From the NCBI GenBank assembly GCA_963693365.1, contig CAVNZM010000016.1, positions 6,617,029 to 6,681,028 of the forward strand: a stretch of 64,000 nt of DNA, read 5' to 3'. The translations under genes were made by a program, and so were the position numbers. The notes beneath the pieces were generated by a model. It saw nothing but the letters and a program-made list of their open reading frames with translations, did not search any database and was not told the origin of the DNA. This DNA comes from Amoebidium appalachense (taxonomy: Eukaryota; Protista; Ichthyosporea). Below are positions 13,568 through 27,146 of the stretch, one piece after another (position 1 is the stretch's first letter; the number at the start of each line of letters is the position of its first letter).

Positions 13568-16203
13568 CTCCCCCCCTTGTCGGGAGCCTGGTGGTGTCGT
13601 TAGACAAGCAAACCACCAGGCTGAGAGGCGATAAACAACCTTCAGCGAGAATTCTTGTGTGTGCCGAGCTGCTGGACAGAACAGAGCAAGGACGGTGGAA
13701 TAGAGTTGTGCACGTCTATGAGCACTTCTTCATTTGCCAAAACACAAATTCATGCAGCATTCTTCTGTGTTTTCATTTTCGTGGCGAAGATTGTTGCAGA
13801 GTGTGCGTGCGAATTGTTCGCTTCGTCTCTGTGCTTGGCTTTTTCTGTAGAAGTAATATTTTCCTTTTTTAGGTGTTTTTCCTTTTTAGGAAACTCCCGC
13901 AGATTCGTTTTCAATTGCGAGTAATTTGGTTGTGTGGATGAATGATCATACCAAACATTCGATAATGAATATAACTCAAGCCTTAGGTCACTTCGTAGCT
14001 CAGGTAGTGGTGGATAGCTTCAAGGCTTAGCCGCTGCTCCTTATCCCGGTTCTACCTTAAGACTGTAAGGCGAGTCGCCATGGCCAGAAAAGCCACTTCT
14101 TTCATGAACAAATAGCACTTCTTTCCTTTCAGCTTTAACCCTGCATCATCGGAGCTGGGAAAAACATGAATAAAAATGCCCCAAGTGTTCTTCGTTGGGC
14201 GACATAAAGAAATATATCAGCCCGTCAGAATTCGAACCAGTAAAAACCCGGTTCATAATTCATAAGAAGAGGGTAGGCAAAGCAAACCTTCTTCGGAAAA
14301 CACATGCTTCCATTCGTGAGCAGTTTTCGTATCCCATTTGCCAGCCATTTTTCGTTGAGCAGGGGGATTCCAGGCATAATACATTCTTCTGGAGGCTTGG
14401 CCTAAAAAGAAAAGTAAGCAACTTCGTGAGCGCGCTTCGTATCTTCATATCCTCCAGTGCAGGTCTGGATGGTGCCCCATCCTCTGCTTCTTTTGTAGGT
14501 GGCCCTACTGTTGGTTCTGTTCGTTGTGTGGAAAACCAAAACCATTCGTGTTCGTGGAACTGCTTTGTGCTGTGCTTTCTTTCGTGTTGGTGTTCATGGA
14601 GTTACCCAATTCACACACCTACTACTTTCATACATCAGACGTAAGTAGCTGCCTGGGGAGTGTGTGGTTCGTGTTCGTGGCATTCTTCTGTTCCTTCGTG
14701 AGAAGAATATTCGTTTTAGCAGAGGTGCCCAATAAGGCAGCTTGTGGGGTTGTCTCCCGCATGTGCCCATTGGTGGGGTATGCACGTGCTAAATTGTTAC
14801 AGTGTCATCATATTGCAAGGGAATAACATGGTCACCTCCGTACCAGGGCCTAGGTACACATGATGGTCCGATGTGTTAGTCAACAACACCTTGCATTCGT
14901 ATTCGTATTCGTCTTCCACGTCACTTTCTTCAGTAGTGAAGGAGGGTATTCGTAATTCGAAACTGAAAGGCTTCCAGCCAAAATACTGACACTGTATGCT
15001 GGGGTTGTGAGGGAACGGTGCCCATACCACATTCTTTTGTTTTCTTTATTCTGGTGGGGGTGTGCCGGCAGCAATTTTATTTTGCATGCGGGTATTCCAG
15101 GCTTTACAGCATAGTTCGTATGGTTTAGTATTTGTACAGTATTGCCACACACTGGCAGTTACCTGTAAATTCGTACCCCACAGCTTCGTTTGTTTCGCAT
15201 GCACGAACAAAAGTTCTGCATCGACTTTATTACATGCCTTCTGTGCACCAAGAGTGCAAATTCGTTGGGGCATGGCACCAGGAAGGGCCATACATGAGGC
15301 ATATGTTCGTAATGTGTTTACTAAGGCATGCCAGCATACGTTCATGCGCATGTTGTGCATCCTGTGCGCTAAACTATGGGGCATGCTGTATTCGACAACA
15401 GCAAGAAATTCGAAGCATGCATGCAAAACTACTTTCACAGCACCTTATGTCCTACATGCTATAGGAACAGCGACTATCTTCTTCTTTAAATGCATTCGTG
15501 CTGAAAGTGGCCGTGCATCTGGCTTGCGAGTGTGGACGTGCATGCGGTGGCATGGACACGATGACAGTGTGCAATAGCGCAATGCACGCAAGGGCAACGG
15601 TTTTCTTTTCTTCGTAACATAGAGGGGGCTGTGTGCATTGCAACCCAAGCAGTGTTGTGCATTCGTTCTTTCATTTTCGTATTTCCATTTCATTTTGCTT
15701 TCGTTTTTCGTTTTTTGTCGTTTGATAACTTCGTTACTTTGTTTTGTTTTGTGTTGCATTCATTCGTATTTCCTCTATGCATTCGCTTGTCGTTAATTCT
15801 TTATTTCATTGCGTATTCGTGATGGTTCGTTTTTCGTTGGTTCATTGCTTCGTTAGCAATTCTTTATTCGATTGTTCGTGTATTCGTTGTTTGAAAATTC
15901 GTTGTGTATTCGTTTTTCTTCACATTTTTGATGTGTCGTAGCAAAAGAAGTTTTACATGCTTTCAATTCTTTCCGTGTAGGTGGGCTGGCCACTTCAAAC
16001 TTGTCGGTGTATATATTCTAAGCCGGACAAGGAAAGATGTGCCTATCATCGGGGTAAAAAGGATTGTGATCGGCCATGGGAGATTCTTGAGCTGATTGAA
16101 AGATGTGAGATTCTTGAACTGATTGAAAGATGTGAGATTCGAAGGATGCGAGATTCTTGAACTGCGCGGTCGCCAATGTAAACAGTTGGCAATGTATAAC
16201 AGT

Positions 16204-16221
16204 GTCCTGCCGCGGTCGCCA
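16204..16221 (-). other. Primer binding site, 18 nt complementary to the 3' end of tRNA-Arg(UCG)
   Basis: Plus-strand GTCCTGCCGCGGTCGCCA equals the last 18 nt (including CCA) of a eukaryotic tRNA-Arg(UCG), as I recall the sequence (...GAGTCCTGCCGCGGTCG-CCA). Confidence 0.8.
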
Positions 16222-16222
16222 A

Positions 16223-16699
16223 TGTAAACAGTTGGACTAGTTAGGATAAGGCAGAGTACAACTGAATCAAAATAAAGACAGAGAACGGGTAGAAAGGCAC
16301 ACGCGGCCAGGTTGCTTTTACTATGGGCCGACTCAGTCTGTCTCAAGACTTCACTGATGTGATCCCCGTACTGGGACGGCTTTGTTATATAGCCCCCAGG
16401 TTTCGGATCAAGGCCCAGGATTGGTTCATCCGCGGCCAGCGCGGGTGGCAACATGCCATTCGTGATTCTGGTGCGGTCCGAGCCAGTCAGACCTTCGTCT
16501 TATGCAAACCTCGTATTGGTTCACTTCGTTTATGTGGTATGAAGCGGAAGAACCATATATGGTTCAATTCTTAGGTCAGAGTGAGTCCTATTGGTGCGGA
16601 CATAATATTTATGTGATATTCATGACAAAGCACGAATCGTGTGCTAGTAGATCACATTCTTTAGTAAACATGTACAGTTCATGTGTACAGTTGTTTACA
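16223..16699 (-). repeat. 5' LTR of the non-autonomous element
   Basis: Direct repeat of 13087-13567, followed on the minus strand by the PBS. Confidence 0.92.
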
Positions 16700-17096
16700 A
16701 GTACCACGCACACACATCTCTGAGTCCTTCACCATAAAACCTTAGATCCAGGTCTGGCCCAATTATAGATCACACTTTAATGCAGTTTCACTTTTCCGAA
16801 ACCCGAATTGCAGAGTCTGTTTTTGCGGGCCCACCCTTTCCCCCACCACACACACACGCACACACACAAAACCTCGTTTTTCATGCATGCATGCTGAGCC
16901 TCGCGCGTTGCTAAAACTATGCAGAAGTCGAAGGAGGCTTTCTCGGGACGTGTCCAAGGTATCTGGCATTTTCATTTCTAGAAGCGAAAGTTTCATCGAT
17001 AACTAATAATACCTGTTCACCATAATGAAACTTCTGGCAAGAGTGTAAGTTACCGTGTAAGTAGTAACTTGGTATTGAGGACTCCGAGGGGCAGAG

Positions 17097-17128
<32 letters not shown>

Positions 17129-17260
17129 GCTGCAAAAAGGGGGAGGCCTGGGGGGGAGGTGGGGGGCAGGGGAGGAAGGGGGCACCTGAATTTCAAACGA
17201 AGTGGGAGGGAGGGAGGGGGGGCGGGGGAGGGGGAGAGAAGGGGGGATCTGAAACAAAGG

Positions 17261-17295
<35 letters not shown>

Positions 17296-17469
17296 TCAAA
17301 GGGGCAGGGGGGAGACCCGGAGAGGGGGGGAGGGAGGAGAACCTGAAACAAAGGGTGGGGGAGGGGAGATGGGGGGGGGGGGGGGGGGGGGGGGGGGGGA
17401 GGAGGGAGGATGAGGGAAGTAGCAGAAAATGAGAGGGAGGGGAGTACATACCGGCAGAGGGAGGGGGGC

Positions 17470-17517
<48 letters not shown>

Positions 17518-17550
17518 GCGTGTGTGTGTGCGTGTGTGTACGTGTGTCAC

Positions 17551-17590
<40 letters not shown>

Positions 17591-17700
17591 TGTGTGTGTG
17601 CGTGCGTGCGTGTGTGTACATGTGTGTCACAGTGTGTGTGTGTGTGTGACTGTGTGTGTGTGTGTGTGTGTATGTGTGTGTGCGCGCGCGCATGTGTGAC

Positions 17701-17762
<62 letters not shown>

Positions 17763-18998
17763 GTGTTTTTCTGTTGTTTTTTTCTTTTTTTGTTGGGGGG
17801 GGGAGGGGAGGAGGGGGTCACAGACTTCGTGTTTTTGGCGTATACTTAAACCATCCCAAAGCCGTAGATGCCAAACGCCTGCCCACGTGCACTGTGTAGG
17901 GCCCCGGGGGGAGGGGGGGGGGGGGGGGGGGGGAGGAGGGGGGGGGGAGGGGGGGGGTCACTAGGCTGTACGTTCAAAATTGTGCTATATGATTGTGCAT
18001 GTAACAGTTTCGGTTTTTTTACAACGACACAGAAAAGGCATTCTCGTCCATCTTTTTCAGTTTTGACAATTTGAGAGAAGTCTAAAATCGACATGCAGTC
18101 CGGCCCGGGCCACAAATTTATGTATCCAATATTGTAGTGTGACATCTGATGCTGTGTGTCTGTGTGTGTGTGTTCGTGTGTGTGCGTGTGTGTGTGCGTG
18201 TGTATGGCCATTGCTTTAAATTAATCCTACCGCCTTCTTGGGTGAGGGGATACACAGAAGGACGCCGCTTTTTTGAAGCATATCAAACCTTTAGCGGTTA
18301 CATATTTTAGGACCTTAAGTGTGTGTTTGGCATGAGCTGCTATGGTAATTGTGAGTTTCATGAGTGAGACAGAGAGAGAGTGTGTGTGTGTGAGCGAGAG
18401 AGAGAGAGGGGCGGGAGGGTGGGGGGAGGGAGGGGCCGGAGGGGGAGGGGGAGGGAGGGACAGAGAGAGGTCTAGACGGACGGGGAGAGAGAGGGTGAGA
18501 GGGAGGAACGGAGGGAGGGAGGGAGGGAAGGAGTCATGTGTGTGAGGAAGACCCGGAGGGAGAGAGAGAAAGGGGGGAAGGGCGGGGAGGGAGGGAGGGA
18601 GGGAGGGATTGAGGGATTGAGGGAGGGAGGGAGGTTCGGAGGAGAGAGTGACTCGAGAGGGAGAGAGGGAAAGAGGGAGGGTGAGAAAGAGCGAAGGAGG
18701 GAGAGAGAGAGAGAGAGCCGGGAACCGGGGAAGTGGGGTCGGGTGGGGGGGAGGGGGGGGGGGGAGGGGGGTATGAAGGCTCTTGAAACATGCAATCGAT
18801 CATAGCCGTGAAATACGGAGGTAAGACAATACGCAGGCACGGGCCCCACCCTAACCTCATGCCCCGCGTCCGCTACTGAAATTTTTGCACCCGGATGTAT
18901 GGGGACAGGATTTCCTCTTGTCTGAGAGGAATTAAATCGTGTAACCCGGGGGTATTTTTGTTGTTCAACGATTTTTTTTTTTTTTTATTTTTTTGGGT

Positions 18999-19029
<31 letters not shown>

Positions 19030-19194
19030 GCATCATCACGAATCTAAACAAAAATATAGTTGTTCCGAAAAAAAAATCAAGAAAAAAAGCATTCTAGGTT
19101 CCTTTTCCAGCTTTTAAAGCATGTTAAGAGAAGTCTAGAAAATCGACATGCAGTTCCAAGTTAGTAAATCCCGGATCCAGAAGTGAGCATGTGT

Positions 19195-19237
<43 letters not shown>

Positions 19238-19297
19238 CGCACGCGCGTGTGCGTATGTGTGCACACGTGTGTGTGTATGTGCGCGCGCGCGCACGCG

Positions 19298-19348
<51 letters not shown>

Positions 19349-19375
19349 GTGTGTGTGCTGTGTTTTTTTTTTTTT

Positions 19376-19406
<31 letters not shown>

Positions 19407-20078
19407 GGTTCATCAAAGTGAAGCCAGTGGGACTTGCCCACTGGCTGCAGTGGGACTTGCCCACTGGCTGTGATGATATCTGACCACTGAATTGTGTTCA
19501 ATAATTCGAAATCGTTGAGTAAATCACATCTTTCTTGTATGCATTCAGAAACTGAGAAATTTTAGATACATTGCTAAACATTGTTATCGTATTGAATTTA
19601 TTTCCAGTTCTCAGGCAGGGAGACTCCCAAAAGCACATTGGCTGTCCTCCCCCCCCCCCCCCCCCCCCCCCCCTCTTCCCCTCCCCCCCACCTTCTGCCT
19701 CTGTCGCCCAAGTTTGAACAGGAGAAAGGAGAAAAATAATAAGAAAGGCTGCAACTTAGTATACTAGTCAAGCTCAATGTAACTTGTAGATAATCTGCTT
19801 CAAAAACTAATTACTTCGTAACTATTCCAAGCTACTAATATCCAACAATTCCAGCAACAATAATGCGACTTTGTTATAGCCTGCGAAGCATCTACCGAGT
19901 TAATTTCTACACCCTGTCCCAAACCCACGCTGAATGTGAAAACTCAAAACACTGGAAAACATACTTCTTTTGTGGGGGTAGGACGAGCATGATAAAAACC
20001 AACGTTGCACCTGGTACCAAAGTGACTGTGTGATACTATTTCAGTGTCTTGCGCATGACAACCGCAGAGTCGTTTCTC

Positions 20079-21122
20079 TCACTCGGACTCCGAATCACTA
20101 TCACAATCAGAGTCCGGGAGTAGCTCAACACTAGTGCCATTATGTTCCGGAATTACAGCAACCCTGCACTGCAAACCAGCAGGAATTACAAAAGCCGTAC
20201 CATAGTCAATCCCGTCGACTGAAAAGGACAGCTGCCCGTCACTGTGCAGACGTATGCCCACCGTGGCACCACTGGGCACTGGCCTTCGGGTGTATTTTTC
20301 ACCTCGTTGGCCGTGCTCGCTGTAAAGGGCTCCATTATCTGTGCTCAGAAACCACCCAAGTCTGCATTCGAAATACAGGTCCGGGCAAAACATAAATTTC
20401 CCGGCCTTGACATAAGCAACAACACTCTGGGACGGTGCTATTCCAATCCTCGTCATGTTGGACAAGCAACCCGGGTAATGATATTTCAAGCGAACTTCGG
20501 AGAAGCCTTTGGAAGGCCACGCCAGCTCCGGGCCCACAATCGTACTCTATGGCACAAGGATTCGACTTTGAACATGTAGCCTTGCGGTGCTTCTCCGACA
20601 GCACAATGTGTCGAGTGATGCCCGCCATAAACTTCAACTCCCCAACAATGCTGCTGCCAGGCTCCGTTGTTTCGACATCACCGGGCTCAGCAAGCTTCTT
20701 CGCCAGCGCATCCAAAAGATAAAACTCTGCATCTTGCTTCTCTAGCCGTTTCTTTTCCAGAGGCGAGATTAGGTCCACGGGAGTCTTTTCTCCGCGCAGA
20801 TAGTCAGCCACATAGTGAAACACGACGGGGCTTCTGTTGATGAAATATGCCCCGTCTTTGTCCACTTTTGCTGCCCACCGCCCGAAAAGACTACGGAAAA
20901 GAAAGAACCCTTCTTCCTGGTCAGGTCTTTCAGGGAGAGGGCAAAGTGGGTGCCCCCCACGTTGAGGGTGATGGGGTCTTGCAGGTTGCCGGTGTCGAGT
21001 TTTTTCTCCATGTTTGCCCACTCCTCTTTCTCCTTCTCTAGCGCACGCCTTTCTTTTGCAAAGGCAGCCATAAGAGCCTCAAGAGAGGCTGTGGCAGACT
21101 TCAGGTGGTCATCGAGAGCCAT
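20079..21122 (-). pseudogene. BTB/POZ (KCTD-type) plus SPRY/NHR-like gene, copy 1, with two compensating frameshifts
   Basis: Paralog of 31384-32412 (ITLNVGGTHF, FINRSP.FHYVADYLRG, GWFLST..G.LYS, FSVDGIDYGTAF). About -1 nt near 20878 and a return to the original frame near 20550 split it over three ORFs. Pseudogene or sequencing error. Confidence 0.8.
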
Positions 21123-21342
21123 GTTTGCCTGGTTGTAAATTGTGTTTCAGAGAACGGATTGGTCAGATCACTGAACTTGAGCTCTGAAATTTCCATGGTA
21201 AAAGGCATTAAGGAGACCAAGCATGTATTTAAGCACATTAGTAAAAGCACATTAGTAAAAGATCGCGAAATGGGCCACAAAAACTACCTGGCAAGCACAC
21301 TGAGAGAACGCGCTACTTTCCGGAACAGGTCAGTGGGAGTAA

Positions 21343-21399
21343 TGACGTCACTAACTGAGGAATGAGGCCTCCGATTGGCTGTAAAGTGGTTTTGGCGCG
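21343..21399. promoter_or_regulatory. Conserved upstream module of BTB copy 1: CRE/ATF, CCAAT and E2F-like sites
   Basis: TGACGTCA 21343-21350, ATTGG at about 21374, TTTTGGCGCG 21390-21399; same order upstream of copy 2. Confidence 0.55.
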
Positions 21400-21655
21400 A
21401 GAGGCTATACGGTACCCAAATACCCAAACCCAAACGGGGCTTACGCTGTTTACTCGAGGCAAAGAGAGACCAGTCTCAGGTATGAAGGGTTTTGCTCGGA
21501 ATATCCCCTCAGCGGTATATCATGATCACGTACATAGATGTCGGGTGATGACTATATATCAGGGTTTACTTTCTCTACGAGACACCATAAATAAAGACTA
21601 CGAAAAATCAGTTAGCTGGGGTTGCCCCCGTTTTTTTTTTTTTTTTGTTTTTTGT

Positions 21656-21707
<52 letters not shown>

Positions 21708-21735
21708 CTCCCCTGGGACACTCGGTATCAGCTGG

Positions 21736-21854
<119 letters not shown>

Positions 21855-22549
21855 CGTGCGCTAGAATTTTGTAGTGATGTGTTTCTCAAGCCAATCAATA
21901 CATCTAATAAACAGGTCGTAGTTACGCGTGTTTAGTATAAAATCAAGGATGTTGTAATTTACAGGTAGGCTATCTTTCTGGGTGTCTGTTGTGAATGTGA
22001 CGTGTGTGTGTTGCGGTATTATGTGGTCTATCAAACTACATTTGGCGATACATGACCGTTTAAACTGGTGTGTGTGTGTGTTGTTTGGGCATGCAAACGA
22101 TGCCACCTTATACTTATTAGATCTCCACTGTATAGCACGTGTACAGTAAAAGCGTGGTAATTGATCAATAATACCATCAGCTAGAGAAAGACCAGTTCTA
22201 CAGGAAGGTAATGGTAATACTATTTAGGTGTTATACATTTGCGAGTGCCATATTTGGCAATATGGTTAAGGAGGTCATTAAAACGAGACATAAGGCTTAG
22301 TTTTCAATGTGTCTGCTTTCATCGGGTCTAGTGTCGTGTGGTATCCTTTTCCATTTGTTATATTGCGTGATTATCTTGTGATTCGGTACATTTTTAATAA
22401 GTAAGTGGCAGTCCAAAGTCACACGCACACTTTTGCGGGGTTTATTTGTATTTGTGCCCGGGGGAGAAGGAGAGAGAGAGGGAAGGAAAGAGGGGAGAGG
22501 TGAGGAGGGGACAGGTCGGATAGAGAAGAGAGGGTGGGAGGGCAAATAC

Positions 22550-24135
22550 TTCTTAAGCGCGGCTTATGTGCTTATTGAATTTCAGCGCGAGATGGGATAC
22601 TCTAGCAGCTATTGGGACCAGACATGATATATCGAGAACGTTACAGGCCCAGGTTTACTAACAGTTGTTAGATAGAAAGGAGGCAACTTCTGCTTCAAGG
22701 AAATTTGCCAAGGGTTTAAGCGCTCTAGTTCTCTCTTTCTTGATCCAAGCGGCGAGAAGGGGTAAACCATATTCAAATGCCGGGAAGACAAAAGTGCGAA
22801 TAAATATAAGTCTAATAGAAGGATGGAGGGGTGTGTCTTTAAAAATATTACATAGCCGAGAAGAAAGCTAACCGCTTACGAGCCAACTCTACCCTCTTTT
22901 CGACCACATGGGAAAACATAACACCAACAGAATTAACCGGAACACCAAGATATTTGTATTCTGGAATTATAGGTACAGGTTTAGATGATAATGTAAATGT
23001 GCACTGTAAATTGTTAGCTATATCAGGTACAAGAACGGCCACATTTGTCTATGTTAAGGATCATAAGGTTTGCCTTGCACCACTCTGACACTACATCGAA
23101 CAATCTTTGCAGGCGTCTAGCTAGGGGTACGGGCAAGGAGGGACAGATCATCAGCATAGAGAAGTGCAGGCGGAAAGTTATTAATGGGGTCATCATTTTC
23201 GGCATAAATCTTGACAGCCAAATCATCTATAAACTTTAGGTTAAACAAAAAGGGGCTAAGCAATGAACCCTGCAAGAGACCTCTAGTACGAGCAAAACCA
23301 TAATATTATGAAAGATGCCCATTAACCATAGCTCTACCATAGGTTTGAGACAAGAGTGCTTCTTACAGGACCCCAATGCAGTGTGGTACACCCCGTGCAG
23401 CAAGCTTTTCCCATAGGAGACCAGGGGAGACAGAATCGTAAGCAGTTTTCCAATCAATAAAGCCAACACTCGTGCGCCAACTTGCATAGAATCGTGCAGT
23501 GCCATTATTTGAACATAACATGAATTGTTCCTACGAAAAGCGGATTGGCATGGGTGTATGTGAAGAATAGATTGAAATTAGGGTGATGTGCAAATAACCT
23601 AAGTAAGCAAGCTTCAAAGAATCTACGAACAACCTGGGTTAGTGTGATGGGGCAACTTGAAAGATGATATGGGGCCCTCAGAGTCCTTCTTAACTATGGG
23701 GATCACTAAGGTATCTAACCAAGATGACGGGACATGTCCACATTTAACACACCAAGAAAAGAGAGAGCTTAACATAATAGTAAGATCAGGTTTAATAGCA
23801 CGATCACTTTCCTTTTGTGGGTAGGAGGGAACTAGGACGTTAAGAAACCCAGCAGGAAGTCCATCTGATTCAGGTCCACAAGATTTACTAGAGCTATAAC
23901 TAGATATCACGGACCATATGGTATCGGGACTGAAAAAGGGGAGGATCGATTCTATGGGGATAGATGGGTGACAGGCTACACAATAGGTTTCAGGAGCGGG
24001 GGTCCTATCTTTAAACAGTTCCGAGAAAAACTTACCAGAGTCTATGAGGGGGTCTCCAGTGGTATCACCAATAATACGAGCAGGGGGGCCCAAACCTAAT
24101 GTGGATTTTATTTTTCTATTGACTGGGATTTATTG
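22550..24135 (-). mobile_element. Degenerate non-LTR retrotransposon (LINE) reverse-transcriptase fragment
   Basis: Frameshifted minus-strand motifs in canonical order: GPESDGLP..FL, VPSSW...VIPIVKK, QGSLLSPFLFN, LYADDL, LNIDKC, YKYLGV, FEYGLP. Boundaries approximate. Confidence 0.85.
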
Positions 24136-25236
24136 ATCAGTGGTCCAGTGGCCACAGGCTACATGACCACCGAAATAACCGGCTTCGAAAAAGCCACAGC
24201 CCATGAAATAAAAAATAAAACAACAAGTGACCAAAGGACACCAGCGGGCAAAGGTACAAGTGCACGTGTATGCGTGAAACTATTTTGCTCCAACTAGTCA
24301 TATGCAGCGATGATGACCAGGCCACACTCCGCAAGAAGACATCATTACTGCTGCCCCCCAACAAGGGGGGGGGGAGAGAGAGAGAGGGAGAGAGAGAGAG
24401 CCTCGGACCGGGGGAGCAAGGGCCCCGGGGGGGGGGGGGGGGGGGGGGGGAGGGGGGGGAGGGGGGGGGGGGGGGGGGGGGGGGGCTCCTAAACTCCCTG
24501 GACCTCTGTAAGGTATATTAATAATGCCAATTACGTAAAGCAACTGTGTGGATGTGGACTAAAGTAAGGTGGGGCCAGAGAAGGACACGAGTGGTAAACA
24601 TGTGCATGTGTGGCCCTGGTCAAATGGGGTCGCCGCATGCATCCATGTGATTGATTGGAGTCACGGGATGGGAGGACGTAACTGTCACGGGGGAGAAGGG
24701 GTAGGGGGGGTGGGGGGGTCAACTCCTTTTACACACATGGTATTGCTTTAATGTTCTTGAGTGAAGGGATAGGGAGGCACAAAATTTTCAAAGCATGTTG
24801 AAGCTAAGCGGTTAATGTCGAAATAAGCCTTGTGTTTGGCATCATGAGCTACTATGATAGTTGTAATTTTCGTGAAACAGAGAAAGAGTGTGTGAGAGAG
24901 GGGGGGGGGGGGGGGGGGGGGGGAGAGAAGGGTGGGGGGGAGGGAGGGAGTGAGAGAGAGAGAGAGGGAGAAGGGTGGGGGGAAGGAAGGGAGGGAGAGA
25001 GAGCGAGGGAGTGAGGGAGGGAGAGAGAGGGGTGTGTGTGGAGGGGGGGGGGGGGGGGGGGGGAGAAACACGTGGGTGCTTGTGGCTTCTGATTCAAGAA
25101 CTAGCCTTGCCCTCTAGATATAACCACATTTTCTTGGTCCTGGAATCAGGATATTGAAATCTGACCTGCTGCGGAGACTGTGATGGCAGCAACAGACATG
25201 TGGCTTTTGCACCGTTGCAGAGCGGTATCTAGCCAG

Positions 25237-25270
<34 letters not shown>

Positions 25271-25633
25271 CCCCCCCCCCCCCCCCCCCCCCCTTTGCCC
25301 CAAAGAAACCTCGTCGTTGCAAAACAAAATACCACCACCAACAACCACCATAACCGTATACACACGTACAAACGAAGACACACACACACACACACCGTAA
25401 AAAAAAAAAAAAAAAAAAAAAAAGGAAAAAAAAAAAACGCAAACACACACACACAAACACACACACACACGCGCGCGCGCGCACATGCACAGACACACAC
25501 ACATACACACACACACACCACGTATACACGCACGCGTGTACGCGCGCATGATGCGGACCCTACTGGATATGTCCTGTTAAACGTAGTCTTACAAATAAAT
25601 ACAGATAACTGTGTGTGTATGTGGCCCCGGTGG

Positions 25634-25671
<38 letters not shown>

Positions 25672-25836
25672 TCAATGACGGCAGAGGCAACGAGAAGAGG
25701 GAATACCCCCCCCCCCCCCCCCCCCTCCCCCCCCCCCCCCCCCCGCGCCGACCCAGCTCCGACACACAAACACATAGCGCGCACACACCAATTGCACACA
25801 TAATATGCATGTGCGCGTGTGAGAACAAAACACACA

Positions 25837-25943
<107 letters not shown>

Positions 25944-26466
25944 ACACGTGAACTCTAACCCCACCAATACCAGTACAACCCAACGGTGCTTGCACAGTCC
26001 GATCCCACATACCAGCCCTGCACGACAAGTGATGTACGCAACACAACACCAACGAGAAACGAGGAAGTAAAACCATTGAAGTGAAGTGATACAAAGAGAG
26101 ACTGATGAACAGCACAACTCCCTGTTGTATCTGACCCCACACCCGTGTGTACATGCAGTCACCACTCTTGCGTGCACCCACGCTAGTGTTAGCATGTGCA
26201 CGTGCTCGTGATACATGTGCACACACGTTGCTTTACTTACACAAGCACAAGCATGCCGTGCAGTACACATGCACATACAATCATGCGCGCTCACGTGCAA
26301 AGGCATGCAGACTTCCTATCACACACACACCCACACAAACACACCCAGATGCGCAGGGACCCACACACTCAGGAGCGTGGATGGCGCGTGTGCGCGCCCA
26401 CACACACACACACACACACAAACACACATACACACACACACACACACAGGCACACAGACATACACA

Positions 26467-26563
<97 letters not shown>

Positions 26564-26564
26564 G

Positions 26565-26894
26565 GCACGGGCCTGTGTCAATTGTTGGCACCGGGAGGGT
26601 GCCGGCCGTTCCCTCTTGCATTGTGGCAGGTGCCAGATGGCGCTCTACTGCGGCAAGGACTGCCAGAGGCATCACTGGAAATTGCACAAGGTACTGTGTG
26701 CACACCTCGCCCAGAAATCCGCCCCCACCGACCCAAACATGTCCCCCAAAAGTGGCCACCCAACCGTCCCAGCCCCATCCTCAGCAACATCCCATGAACC
26801 GCCCCCCACCGGGGATTCCTTATCGTTTTGCTTCAAGTTTGCGGCGGATTTTGTGTCGGCGGAGCAAGAAAGAGTGGTGTTGTGTAACATGTAA
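26565..26894 (+). CDS. MYND zinc-finger exon (probably a terminal exon; upstream exons not identified)
   Basis: CVNC...[26 protein letters not shown] is the zf-MYND signature; preceded by a (CA)n-CTGCAG acceptor at 26563-26564; stop TAA at 26892-26894. Confidence 0.75.
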   Translation, partial: ARACVNCWHREGAGRSLLHCGRCQMALYCGKDCQRHHWKLHKVLCAHLAQKSAPTDPNMSPKSGHPTVPAPSSATSHEPPPTGDSLSFCFKFAADFVSAEQERVVLCNM

Positions 26895-27098
26895 CGCTCA
26901 TCGTGTAATTTCTTTAGGGTTGTGAGTAATGGCAAGTTTTGCACTGTGTATTCCCGAGTCAATGTTGCTTTGTATTATCATGCATGATTTTTTATTTTTT
27001 TTGGGGGGGGGGGAGGGGGGGGGGGGGTTCTGTACCGATTCGTTGTTATGCTGTGTGCAAATTTCAAAGAGGTGCATGACTGTTGCAGTGATAGAAAT

Positions 27099-27146
<48 letters not shown>

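Larger units (their letters stand above)
13087..16699 (-). mobile_element. Non-autonomous, internally deleted Ty3/Gypsy LTR retrotransposon related to the element at 37187-45427
   Basis: LTRs 13087-13567 and 16223-16699 (TGTAAACA...TGTTTACA; they differ by a 4-nt indel and about one substitution). 5-bp TSD AGTAC at 13082-13086 and 16700-16704. PPT at 13568-13579. tRNA-Arg PBS. The interior is a decayed patchwork homologous to 40340-40560 and 41120-42520, plus an ORF1-like 5' region. Confidence 0.93.

Noticed and set aside
16080-16160. 27-bp direct repeats that might suggest a CRISPR-like array
   Set aside because: Contiguous tandem repeats without unique spacers, in a retrotransposon leader, in a eukaryotic context with no cas genes.
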